This document shows positions 34,051 to 46,600 of a stretch of DNA of 62,589 nt, one piece after another; the stretch's first letter is position 1; every line of letters begins with the position of its first letter. The stretch lies in assembly GCA_032718475.1 (NCBI GenBank), contig JAUCBJ010001622.1, forward strand, positions 1-62,589, written 5' to 3'. This DNA comes from Nemertoderma westbladi. Its lineage: Eukaryota > Animalia > Xenacoelomorpha. The position numbers were made by a program, and so were the translations under genes. A model generated the notes under the pieces. The model searched no databases and had not been told where the DNA came from. It saw only the letters and a list, made by a program, of their open reading frames with translations.

Positions 34051-36514
34051 CAATTGTAGAGAGAGGGCTGTTGCGCTGTCAGTCAGAGAGGTAACAGCCC
34101 TTGGGGTAAGGATTTACCTCTGGGACCTGTATTAGGCAAAATAGCAGTAGCTGTGTAGGCCCACCAGTACTGTGCACGGTACAAGACCCAAAATTTAGCC
34201 TACATCTGTAAATAATACACGGTTTCGCGGTACAACACCATATAAATTAGACCACCATCTGTAAAATGCTCGCCTGAGTTCAGGAGTTGCACAGATGTCA
34301 GGATGTGCTGATTCTATATCATCCACTAACGGATTCTGGTAGCCTGGAACTAGACTAGACCACTACAAAAACTGATGCGACAGAGCGAGGTGCCGTTAGC
34401 CTAACATTTCTCGGAGGCTGGTCCGATAACACTCAACTCATTGTTTGGTTGGACATTGACATTATTGCATTACAGTGTACATTATTACATACTGATTAGT
34501 ATGGATTGAGAAATTGGATATATTTGGACGTCAATGGATGGATAGCTTTGGTTTGAGAAACTAATATCACGTAGGCCTACCTTATCATATCTTTGCAATA
34601 ATTATTACTAGATCCACTGGCCCCCAGCCACCTTCAACAAACCATCATTGCCGGGGGGCACTCAGCTGAGGGGGCTGGGGGCGGAGCGCATTAAAAACTC
34701 TAAGTATCGCGACCTAATGGACCCATTTCTTTCACCCCGTTGCTTTGAGACCTTTGGCCGCCCTGGTCCAGAGACACCCACCTTCCCCCGGGAGATCGGG
34801 GCTCGTCTCCACAGTGCCACCCACGAACCGCAGTCACGCCAGTTTCTGCTCCAGCGCCAGGAGATGGCAATTTTGGTTGGTATTGCAGCCTCAGTCATGG
34901 GGACAGCAACCACGCCGACCATCGGTATATTCGGGGACTGAAGAGCCGAAACTGTCGAAATGGTTGCCAATGGAGTCACCAACGGGATGACGGCCGAAGA
35001 TATTCAATACTCTATCTTATGCAATCTCAAATATTCAATTCGGTACTGTACCTTCAATTCAATCTTGTTATTATTTCTGTGCTTCGTTATTTAATAATGT
35101 GATTAGATAAAAAAAATAAATTAATGAAATATAATTCATCTGTTAATTATTACAAAAAAAAATCCAAAATTATATTAACATTTATATAGTTTTGAATTAA
35201 ATTTTTCGAAATCAATACAGCAGTGTCATATATCGCGTATCCCTTGGTTTAATCACTATTCTATATTCAAGTAAAACTGAATCCTGGCCCGCCGCCTTCA
35301 CCCTCCACTGATAATTTAAAATCGTAATTCATTCAATCTTTGACTAAATTATACCAAACTTGGTAAATGTCTATCGGCTAAAATAAACAAAACTTGCTAA
35401 AATTTCCCCTATAATGTTTTTTCCTATAGAACAGGATGCAGTTTTATTTTAGTAGTAAACAAGCTGTTATTTGCGTCGATTTTCACCTGGAGAGGGAAGA
35501 ATATTGATTGCCCCCCCCCCCCCCCCCCCTACCTGCAGTTAAGTGAAAATATTTCGGCACCATTTAATTTTATTATCACGGTCGCGCATCAAGTAGTCTG
35601 TCAAAAGATACAATTCATTATAAACATAACAAAATTAATTATAATAATTCTAAAAATATAAGGCCGATTATCCTAAAGTTAGCTCTTTAGTCTTTGGCAA
35701 TCTTATACATTGACAAGACTTATAAAATAATTGATGTTGAATAATTATTATTAAGATTAAAATATATTATTAGGAATTCGAAGAAAGCAAATTGTATTGA
35801 GTTAGTATTGGCAAGTTAATCTCACAAACCAGTCTACGGTCTAGTCTAACTTTACAGTACCGGTAGCCTTGTTCGCATTGTTCCAGGCTTAGTTAGGCTT
35901 GGAACACAGACTCCACCGTCTTCGTTCCAGGTTTAATACTGTAATAGACTGTTATCCATCTCGATCACTTCGCTTTGCACCATCTTACTGGGTTTAATAA
36001 ACTCCGTCGCCTTCCTGTCATTCTGTGTTTTGTAGATTACCTCGCCATCGTCTGATCGCTTTGGTTGCGTGTTTAATACTGTAATAGACTCCGTCGCCAT
36101 TGTATCGTTATGGATTGAATAGACATTCCGTTGTCCATCGCGATCGTTTCATTGTTTACGTTTAATTGACTCCGTCGCCTCCTCGGATTAGGAATCCGGC
36201 CGGGTTTCGTAGATTCCGCCATCGTTCAGCAGTTCAGTGTTTTTAATCAAAGCCAGAATTCCGGCACGGGCACCACGATCAACGATTTCGGAAGTAACAG
36301 ACCAGCAGACTCCGTCAACAACACTCGGGGTTTAAAAAATACAACTGAGGGCAACTTGTAACTGCAGAACTGGGCGATCATCTATCTGATAGTTGAAAAA
36401 GACTGACTGACAGTTGGTATCAGACTATCTGATAGTTAGCGCCCCTTGGGTAAATCCTTACCCCATGGGCTGTTACCTCTCTGACTGACAGCGCAACAGC
36501 CCCTATAGCAATTG
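34051..36514. mobile_element. nested element with ~55-bp TIRs
   Basis: AGGGCTGTTGCGCTGTCAGTCAGAGAGGTAACAGCCCTTGGGGTAAGGATTTACC (34064-34118) is inverted at 36449-36503. CAATTG flanks both ends. Confidence 0.65.
34660..35120 (+). mobile_element. 3' fragment of an RLE-type (CRE-like) non-LTR retrotransposon
   Basis: AER.KNSKYRDL...FETFG..GP....EIGARL...QFLLQR..MAI..G.AASVMGT resembles the restriction-like-endonuclease C-terminus, followed by an A-rich tail. Confidence 0.6.
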
Positions 36515-38743
36515 TATGGTAGGATTACTGTCCTGTTCCCTGATTGGCTTATCCATCCCAACCTCCCTTACAAACAAGAATCACTGTTCTGCCTAGCTGG
36601 CGGTAGTATGTACTGCATCATAGCGTACTCTATTTAAGGCCTTGCAAGCGTGCTGCCTTCCTAATTTATGGAGGCTGAACTGTTCAGTATAATTTCTTAT
36701 TTAATTTCTTATTAAACATGGATGACAGTGATGACTTTGTAAAGGTTCCATTTACGGGATTCGTTATTCCGAGTCCAACCAATGATACAGCCATTGTTGA
36801 GCCGCTTGAACTCACTACCCAAACATCGTGCACCCCGAGTCCGGAGAAGAAAAAAACCAGGAAAGTCAGCAAGCCAAGAAAAGTTACTAAAGAACAATAA
36901 ACATTGCACTAATTAATAATTGTAACTAGATGAGGGTCTGGGTCTTTATTGCATATGCGTTTTATAAATTGTTCATTAAAACTTACTAATTAACTTGAAT
37001 CCGCGTTTTACACCCCTTCCCGGATCCAATAAAACTTGGTAATTAACATAAATCCGTGTTTTACACTCCGTTCCGGATCCAATAAAACTTGGTAATTAAC
37101 GTAAATCCGTGTTTTACACTCCATTCCGGATCCAATAAAACTTGGTAATTAACGTAAATCCGTGTTTTACACTCCATTCCGGATCCAATAAAACTTGATA
37201 ATTAACGTAAATCCGTGTTTTACACTCCATTCCGGATCCAATAAAACTTAGTAATTAACGCAAATCCGCGTTTTACACCCCTTCCCGGATCCAATAAAAC
37301 TTGGTAATTAACGCAAATCCGCGTTTTACACCCCTTCCCGGATCCAATAAAACATGGTAATTAACTTGAATCCGCGTTTTACACTCCATTCCGGATCCAA
37401 TAAAACTTGATAATTAACGTAAATCCGTGTTTTACACTCCATTCCGGATCCAATAAAACTTAGTACTGTAATTAACGTAAATCCGTGTTTTACACTCCAT
37501 TCCGGATCCAATAAAACTTGATAATTAACGTAAATCCGTGTTTTACACTCCATTCCGGATCCAATAAAACTTGGTAATTAACTAGAATCCGCGTTTTACA
37601 CCCCTTCCCGGATCCAATAAAACATGGTAATTAACTTGAATCCGCGTTTTACACCCCTTCCCGGATTTAATAAAACTTTGTAATAAACCTGAATCCGTAT
37701 TTTACACCCAATCCCGGATTCAGTAGAAAAATGAATCCGCGTTTTACACTCCGTTCAGGATTTAGCCTAAAACATGAATCCGCGCTTTACACTCCGTTCC
37801 GGATCTGAAAAAAAGGCCAATCCGCATTTTACACTCGGTTACGGATTCGGTAAATTTAGCAGTGCACGGATCCGCAGATTACACCCTAAAAATGTAAATT
37901 CAGTCGACTTCCATAGGGACAATGTTAAATGATAGAATCCGGATCCTGATCCGGATCCGCGTTTTACTCTGACCCTAAAACATTGGAGGTGTTCCATTAG
38001 CTTGACACTTGAACGGAACCGTCTCCGCTTTGCAGGACATTGCTTTCGCCGTGAGGGCCAGCCAGTGCATAATCTTGTGCTTTGACGCCCTCATGGAGCA
38101 AATAAGAATATGACTTCTTGAGACGCATTCTTGGGACACTGGCCTTGAAATGCGGATGATCTAGCAAATGGCATGGGTGATACAGTGTTGTGGCGGCGCA
38201 ATTTTGTGCCGGCACAGCATTCTTAATATATATATGTAATATATATATATAATGCAGCATGCCGAACGTAGTAGTAGTAGTAGAACTACGGATGTTAGTG
38301 AAAAAAGAATAATAATTACAATGAACTTCATTGTTATTTACTTTACTTGCAAAACCATTGGAATAATATGTTTTTAATAACTTTATTTTTTTCTTAGACT
38401 TACATTTATCGCTCTGTTAGATTGGAGTGATATGAACTAGTGCGGAAAAATATATAGAACCCTTTACAGTGCACACTACTATCCTGTTAAACAGGTACGG
38501 TTACATCAAAATATAAACACTAAAGAATATAGTTAATTTAATGGTTAGCTATTAGCTATTTAGTGATTTTTGTAATTAATTGAACATTATAATTATATAC
38601 GATTCATCTAAATTTTGCTTAGTATATTTAATTTTAATGGAATTTAATTTATATATAATCAATATCATATCATAATAAACCTAACAAGATGGAAAGAGTT
38701 GACTGAAACGAAATCTAATATAACTACGTATTACGTGCTCGTT

Positions 38744-40725
38744 TATGGCATACATTTAGTATTAATATGCAATGTTTTTTTTCTCAGTGTATTTATTTTC
38801 TCAATGTTTTTTTTCTTAATGTTTTTTTTTTCTCAATATCCGATTGGTTAATCCGAGTATTTATTTTCTCAATATCTGATTGGCTGAGCCCTGCCTTTTT
38901 TTCTCAATATCCGATTGGTTAATCCGAGTATTTATTTTCTCAATATCTGATTGGCTGAGCCCTGCCTTTTTTCTCAATATCCGATTGGTTAATCCGAGTA
39001 TTTATTTTCACAATATCTCATTGGCTGAGCCCTGCCTTTTTTTCTCAATATCCGATTGGTTAATCCGAGTATTTATTTTCTCAATATCTGATTGGCTGAG
39101 CCCTGCCTTTTTTTCTCAATATCCGATTGGTTAATCCGAGTATTTATTTTCTCAATATCTGATTGGCTGAGCCCTGCCTTTTTTTCTCAATATCCGATTG
39201 GTTAATCCGAGTATTTATTTTCACAATATCTCATTGGCTGAGCCCGGCCTTTTTTTCTCAATATCCGATTGGTTAATCCGAGTATTTATTTTCTCAATAT
39301 CTGATTGGTCGCACCTCCAGCTGTCATCCTTTAGGTCCCTCTGCCGCCTGTGGCCTGTGACGTGCATCTAGTAGTCTATTACTGTATTATTACAGTATTA
39401 TAATAAGTACTGCTGTAAACTGTCCACTGTCTGGTCTGTGTAAAGGTATAAGTCCATTACAGCATCGCCTACCGGTACAATAGGCAGAGATAGCAGAATA
39501 ACCTACTGTAGATGCTGACAGCTGGAGGTGCGACCAATCAGATATTGAGAAAATAAGTACACGGATTAACCAATCGGATATAGAGAAAAAAATCATGGTT
39601 CATCCAATCAGGAAGATATTGAGCAAAAAAGGCAGGGCTCGGCCAATCAGACACTGATAAAAAAATACACGGTTTATCCAATCGGATATTGAGCAAAAAA
39701 GGCAGGGCTCGGCCAATCAGAGACTGAGTAAAAAATACACGGTTTATCCAATCGGATATTGAGCAAAAAAGGCAGGGCTCGGCCAATCAGACATTGAGAA
39801 AAAAATACACGGTTTATCCAATCGGATATTGAGCAAAAAAGGCAGGGCTCGGCCAATCAGAGACTGAGTAAAAAATACACGGTTTATCCAATCGGATATT
39901 GAGCAAAAAAGGCAGGGCTCGGCCAATCAGACACTGATAAAAAAATACACGGTTTATCCAATCGGATATTGAGCAAAAAAGGCAGGGCTCGGCCAATCAG
40001 AGACTGAGTAAAAAATACACGGTTTATCCAATCGGATATTGAGCAAAAAAGGCAGGGCTCGGCCAATCAGACACTGAGAAAAAAATACACGGTTTATCCA
40101 ATCGGATATTGAGCAAAAAAGGCAGGGCTCGGCCAATCAGACACTGAGAAAAAAATACACGGTTTATCCCATCGGATATTGAGCAAAAAAGGCAGGGCTC
40201 GGCCAATCAGACATTGAGAAAAAAATACACGGTTTATCCAATCGGATATTGAGTAAAAAAGGCAGGGCTCGGCCAATCAGACACTGAGAAAAAAATACAC
40301 GGTTTATCCAATCGGATATTGAGCAAAAAAGGTAGGGCTCGGCCAATCAGACACTGAGAAAAAAATACACGGTTTATCCAATCGGATATTGAGCAAAAAA
40401 GGCAGGGCTCGGCCAATCAGACACTGAGAAAAAAATACACGGTTTATCCAATCGGATATTGAGCAAAAAAGGTAGGGCTCGGACAATCAGATATTGGGAA
40501 AAAATTACTCAGTTTATCCAATCGGATATTGAGCAAAAAAGGTAGGGCTCGGCCAATCAGACACTGAGAAAAAAATACACTGTTTATCCAATCGGATATT
40601 GAGCAAAAAAGGTAAGGCTCGGCCAATCAGATATTGAGAAAAAAAAACCATTAAGAAAAAAAACATTGAGAAAATAAATACACTGAGAAAAATACATTGA
40701 ATATTAATACTAAATGTATGCCATA
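38744..40725. mobile_element. foldback element whose arms are 70-bp CCAAT-containing tandem repeats
   Basis: Outer IR TATGGCATACATTTAGTATTAATAT / ATATTAATACTAAATGTATGCCATA and inner IR GATTGGTCGCACCTCCAGCTGTCA / TGACAGCTGGAGGTGCGACCAATC. About 7 units on the left and 16 on the right. Confidence 0.75.
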
Positions 40726-41034
40726 CTCGTTCGCTCAACTCTAAACGATCGCTCAAAAATAAAGTGCTAATATATTTAAGTAATTATTTCCATGTAATAA
40801 ATAATATGCTATTATTTCCAATTATATTTTCCACTGGTTTACCATTACTTTTAAGTTGACATTGTGTAATTCTTTTTATTTATATTTTATATTAAATTCC
40901 TTACATTGTTAGTTACTGTAAATAAATCAAGAAAAAATAACAGAAGATCAAAAATATTTAAAGTAAGTGATAGTATTTGGATGAGTCAGTGTGATTGTCT
41001 TCTAGATATTAATCGTATTTATAAATAATTGATT

Positions 41035-42660
41035 ATGGATAGATTACCCCGCCAAGAAGGTTTGCGATCAAATGATGAGGATGAATTCTTTTCGGCAGAT
41101 GAAGAATTTTGGAGAGGTGGGGAAGATGATAGGGAAATACTTATAGAAGAGGATAATGGAACTGCAACAACAGAGACAGAAGACGGTAGTTCCGAGAGTG
41201 GAACGTCACAAGCTCATCGCCAACCCATTGATTGTGGCTCCTCTATGAAATCCTTGAGTTTACTCTACTGTATGCTCTTGGTCGTTATATCTATTGTGCT
41301 ACCAATCACTGAAATATTGCAACCGTCACTATGGAAACCCTCATACACTTACTGTTGGGCCATCGGAATGTTTGTTGTAGGAATCGCATCAAATTTATAC
41401 ATTGGTTTCCTACCGGATAACCAAAGGGGAGAAGAAACACGAGTCGCTAATATTGTTATAAAATGCGCATGCGCAATATGTGGAGGGATTGGCGTTTTGA
41501 ATGCATCTCTAGAAATTGCAGCTTTCATTGCCTTCAAACATACATGCACAACTGTAATGGAGCCAATTTCATTCGGGTTTCAATTTGTTTTCGTTTTCTC
41601 ACAGTTTAAGTTGTTGTTTGTCGATTGCAACCGTTGTTTGTCGAGCACTTGGGGAGTTCGGATGTCGTTGGTTCATATTCTAGCCACTGATATATTTATT
41701 TGGATTTATCTAATTATTTTGGAAGCAAGGAATGATCTAGATTTGGGGGGCGAGATTGATGTTTCCATGACAACGCCTCTGCCATCTCCTATTCCCTGGG
41801 TAATTGTTTGTCTGTATGATTCCAGCACTCTTCTCGGAAAGTTTATCCTAACAATTAAACCTCTACTCTATGCGTTTACCGTTGAGTACGCTGTAACCTC
41901 AGCCACTGTTGTCCATGCTATGCTAAAAGCTAGTGATAACAATATCGATGGCCCGCAAATTGTTAACGACGATGACAACGGCAGACGGAATCCCTGCCTT
42001 CGCATTCGTGTGATAACAAACCCCCCTGTGATTGGGGCCGTTCTGGGGGTAGTTTCGATTATTCTTATGATTACCGTGGTCCTTTGCTATAATTATCTTT
42101 ATAAGGATTACCCCCAGACTATGGTGAGCATCTATTCATGGACCCAAATTAGCTTCGGAGTATTGATGGTTGGTGCCACTGGATTCAGCTGGTGGAAATT
42201 GACCAAATACCACGAGCGTTTCAACTCCAATAAACACTCTCTAGATGAAAACATTCTAATTGTTTCACTTTTTGGATTATTTGCTCATGAGTGTTTCACT
42301 CTCGTTGCCACAGCCACAATCTTAAATCCTCTGGAAAATCTTACATCCGTCCTTTTCTTTATAGAATCCGGTTTACAAACTGCGCTCATTATCGATGCGT
42401 TGAAACGGAAACCATCGCAAGCAGAAATACATAGTCGCCAAGCCGTGATGTACCTCCTCTGTACTAACATCGCGTACTGGATTCAAAGTATATTCGAGGT
42501 CCAAGCGCCAGATTCTTCGCCTGTTCAAGAAGCGTTCTACACAAAGAGGTCGTGGGAGATCATCATGCACATTTGTGGACCATTTGAAATTCTGTTTCGG
42601 TTTCATTCCTTTGCATGTCTGTGCGACATCGTCAATGAAACCTACATACTTCATATATAA
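41035..42660 (+). CDS. otopetrin-like proton channel, copy 1, intronless (541 aa from ATG)
   Basis: About 12 hydrophobic segments. Motifs HILATD..IW, PLLYAFTVEY, LQT.LI, LLCTN..YW and FRFHS..CL are characteristic of otopetrins. Confidence 0.9.
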   Translation: MDRLPRQEGLRSNDEDEFFSADEEFWRGGEDDREILIEEDNGTATTETEDGSSESGTSQAHRQPIDCGSSMKSLSLLYCMLLVVISIVLPITEILQPSLWKPSYTYCWAIGMFVVGIASNLYIGFLPDNQRGEETRVANIVIKCACAICGGIGVLNASLEIAAFIAFKHTCTTVMEPISFGFQFVFVFSQFKLLFVDCNRCLSSTWGVRMSLVHILATDIFIWIYLIILEARNDLDLGGEIDVSMTTPLPSPIPWVIVCLYDSSTLLGKFILTIKPLLYAFTVEYAVTSATVVHAMLKASDNNIDGPQIVNDDDNGRRNPCLRIRVITNPPVIGAVLGVVSIILMITVVLCYNYLYKDYPQTMVSIYSWTQISFGVLMVGATGFSWWKLTKYHERFNSNKHSLDENILIVSLFGLFAHECFTLVATATILNPLENLTSVLFFIESGLQTALIIDALKRKPSQAEIHSRQAVMYLLCTNIAYWIQSIFEVQAPDSSPVQEAFYTKRSWEIIMHICGPFEILFRFHSFACLCDIVNETYILHI

Positions 42661-43059
42661 AGACACATTTAGCTAATTTTGTGACGTAAATAAAAAGAAA
42701 ATATAATAAACATATAATAATTATATAGTTAATTAAGTTAAATTTATTTGTAAGCTCTATATGAAATAGCTTTTATTTCTCATAATATAGACATATATAA
42801 ATATTATGCTATAATATAGTGTACAAGTTATAAACATGAAATAAAAATTTTTTAAGGATAAGAACAAGTGCTGGTAGCCTAGAAATACGTAGTTCGACGT
42901 AAATTATGAAGAATGGACGGATATGCACAGTTCATAAAAAATATGAAAATAAACTTAAGGTATGAAAATGCATATAACATGTGAAAGTGGATTGCGAATG
43001 TAGGATAGAAAGTTACTAAATATTTATTTGTACAACTCCCTGTCACCTTATTCGAATGA

Positions 43060-43290
43060 TTTCTTAATACGGGCAGCTTTACCTGCCTGCACGTACACTC
43101 AACGCAATGCGCCGATGTAGATGCTCATTGGCCCCCTTGTTCCTTCTCACCTTCACTTCACCACGCCCGAGTTCACGGAGAAAATCAATCATGCTTGCCC
43201 AACATCCAGGGTCGTAACACCGATTGTTTGTACTTGAAGATAGTTTACTGTACTTCCTAACATTTGATCTTCTGCTTCCTTGGACATAGA
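43060..43290 (-). mobile_element. decayed RLE-type (CRE-like) non-LTR 3' fragment
   Basis: Frameshifted minus-strand translation EAED..RKYSKL...GVTTL(G)CW..IDFLRELGR...LHRRIALS.VQAGKAA. Confidence 0.5.
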
Positions 43291-43634
43291 TGAACCATCA
43301 ACCTACAACCATGGCCATTAAATCATGGCCATCGCGTAACAACGATACAAAAGTACGATTAGTAGAAAAAGGCCAAGGTTTAATCTACTATATGAGCGAA
43401 AATGCATTAGTTCATGAAGTTTGAAAATTGAAGTCACAAAATCTGTAAGGGGAATATTGCTGCTGTAAACCGCTGTGCCTCCAGTTAGATCATTTTAAGG
43501 CGCGGCCCATCTGGTATTGTTCAGCATGGAAATTCGCATTTTGTTCGTTTATGAAGAGGTTTTACTGTTCTAGAACTGCTGAGTTTTAAATCGTTATTAT
43601 AATAACTGCATTAAATGAAAAAATAGCATTGTTA

Positions 43635-46600
43635 ATACTACTACTACTACTAGGTCGAGCGAACTCGGACAGTGGAAATGAGATCCTTCCAGGCTTCCCG
43701 ATTCTCCATAGTTGTCGCAATTTCGTTTCTCCCAAGTTCAGTATCCCTTTCAAGTTGATCAGTATATGTTATGGCCGGTCGTCCACGACTACGCTTTCCA
43801 TGAGTTGGTTGCCAGAAAAGTAGATCTGGTATGACCTCGTCTTTACTTCGCCAGCAGTGCCCACTGAATCTTAATCTGCGTTCACGGAGGGTGGTTGATA
43901 CAGGTGGCATTGTACCATAAAGCTCGGCGTTTGTCATGTGTTATCTCCAGCTGATGTTTAGGGCTGCCCTTAGTAGTCTTGTGTAGCAACCATCAATTCG
44001 TTGTTCAAGTGATTTAGTCAGTGTCCAGGTCTCACCCCCGTATAAAAATACACTTTCCACTGTGGCTCGAAAGAACTTAGTCTTCAGGTGCCTGGAGAGA
44101 TCTGATTTCCAGATGGTATCCATATTTGATAGAGTTAACCCAAGCCTTTGCTTTCCTAACTTCTGTGTCCTTTTTGCTACTCTCTATCCATGATCCAAGG
44201 TACTGGAAGTCGTCGACCTTCCTTAGTTGATTATTGTCTATCAATGTTTGTCAAGTTTCCATCAACATTAAAGGTCATGAATTCGGTCTTGATAGCATTT
44301 ATATGCAATCCAACCTCCTTAGCAGCCCTCTCCACTTTATTTAGTAGAAGCTGTGCATCTGCTAGCGTATTAGAGAGCAGTGTGATGTCATCCACAAAGT
44401 CGGTGTCTGTGACTATTTGCCGGATATCTACGACTTCTGCGTTCTTGAAGTGTGAATCCCAGATCTTCACCCTTTGTGGCCGTCCTCATTGCGTAGTCCA
44501 GCACAATTACAAATAGTAATGGTGCTAATGTGTCTGTCACCTTGCAGTACGCCAGCCAGTATTGAGAAAAACTCAGTATCACCATCTGGTGAAAGTACCT
44601 GTGCTTCTGTGTCACAATATAACAATCCAATGCCAGCAACAATTACTTCTGGTATTCCATAAGCTCTTAGTATTTCAAGTATTTTTTACCTCTATGGATG
44701 GAGTCGAATGCCTTCTTGAAGTCCACTGGCTACTGGCTACTGACCTAGAGCAAAAACTGCTCTAACGATTTTGATGAAGTTTTGCATGGACCATGAAAAT
44801 AGATTTCTATGGGTACTTGTGAAATTGCGGTTTAAATTGAAACATCTCAACTTGTTTTATTTCGAAAAATAGCACCAAAACACGAAAATTGCCGTAGGTG
44901 CAATGATAAAAACACCAGCTGGCCAAATCACCAAATGTATAGAGATGGCCTGGTAATGCATTCAATAGGAAGGACCAACTAACAAAGAAGTACTTTCTGT
45001 GCCAAGTATTATCACTCTACTCTACTCTACAACAATAAGCAAACATTAACTTGCAAACATTAACTGGTTTAGCTGGCTATTACAGTCTCAGCTGAATAAC
45101 TCTTCCCAATGTTAATTAATTGGCGTGCAAGCTAAATGACTGTTAGTTACACAGTGTGTTGTTTACTATTGATTGCTCTCATCGAATTATTGTTTTATTT
45201 TGAAACCTTTGTGCCAACATTAATACTGTGGAGGCTGTATGCTTAGTTGACTTAATCTTGGACTTAATTCCTTCAATCAGTCTCCGTAGTGCAAGTATCT
45301 GAGCTATTGATTGTTGATCTACTTGGTCGAAATCTGTTTTGGCTCTTGCGCATTAGTTTCTCTATGTGAGGCCTAATCCTATATAGAATCATTTTATTGT
45401 ATATTTTGGCAGCTACCACAAGCAGACAGATCCCACGATAGTTTGTTGGTATACCGAGGTCTCCTTTCTTGAGGAGAGGCTTTAGTTGACCTTTAGTCCA
45501 ACAAGTCCTTTTAACATCCGGTTGCAAACATTCAATAAGGGTCTGTTTAGCACTCCTGTTTTCCATACCTCCGCTGGGATTTCATCTAATCCACTTGCTT
45601 TATTATTGGACATGCTTTTAATGCTTCTTTGGAGTTCGGCAGGTGTGAAGTCCCCTGTTTCTATACGTAGTGTCTTGTCATATATTTTCCTTGTAGGGCT
45701 GACCTCGATGTTTGGTGGCTGCCCAAGCAAGTTGCTGAAGTGATTTTTCCACTTCCCAACACGTTCTTCAGGACTATCGGCTTTGAGGCGCCCCTTTGCA
45801 CAACTTTTCCGACCAGATACCTCATTTACAGTTTGCCAGGTAAATCTTGATTGTTGCTGTATGTGAGCAGTTGTAATTGCTTCAATTTTACCCTGTATGT
45901 ACTTTTCCTGGCTGATGTAGTAGGCCAATTTAAGATCGTCCTTAGCTTTCTCAACCTTGTTAATGTTTTCGGTTGTTGGTTGTTCGGTTTTTACTTTGTA
46001 GGCTATCTTAAGATCTTCTCTCTTACAAGTAACCTCAGAGTTTTGCCATGGCACATACTGTTTTCGATTGGGTTTCTGGGGGATATCCCTCTTAGCTTAT
46101 TCCTTGTGGGGTGTTATTATATTCTGGTATATTGAATCGGTGGACTGGTCTTCATCCATTGACTGAAGTGCTTCAAAGCGGTTTTGAACTTCTACTGTGT
46201 AAGCATCCTTTACTGCATTGTCAGTTCTGAGTTTCTCCCAGTCATAGTTGATTTACTTGCTTTTCCTGGGTTTGCCTGCTCTCAAACTGAGTCTGATCTC
46301 TGCAGTCACAATTCTGTGGTCCGAACCAATTAGTTTGAACGAGCTGTACGCCTCGCAGTTGATCATGCTGTTCCACTTTTTATTTATAAGGATGTAATCC
46401 AGTTGTGCTTTGGTTCCATTAGGGTATCGAAAGGTCCATAGCTTCCCCTTACTCGTTTCGAATATGTTGTTTGTTGGTATCAATTCACATTCTTCCATTA
46501 GGTCTAAAAGTAAGTACCCATTTCTCTTAGAACTGGTGTTATAGGTTTAACCCTTGATGTCTTCTGTGCCAATTTCGGAATGTCCTTTATAAGTCCAGTC

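Larger units (their letters stand above)
33096..37975. mobile_element. Mutator/Foldback-like non-autonomous element, 9-bp TSD
   Basis: TSD TAAAACATT at 33087-33095 and 37976-37984. Termini GGGTAGGTGTAAAACGCGGATCCGGATC / GATCCGGATCCGCGTTTTACTCTGACCC. The arms contain ~53-60-bp GGATCCGG tandem repeats in opposite orientation. Confidence 0.8.
32690..38283 (+). mobile_element. RTE-like LINE 3' fragment split by the 33096-37975 insertion
   Basis: 32900-33095 and 37976-38283 align in order with 22100-22800 (ENVDDFCYLGSW; RFAGHCF.R; (GTA)n tail). Confidence 0.7.

Noticed and set aside
38880-40756. Series of 60-aa MAEPCLF ORFs, and similar ORFs in the other arrays
   Set aside because: These are translation artefacts of tandem repeats.
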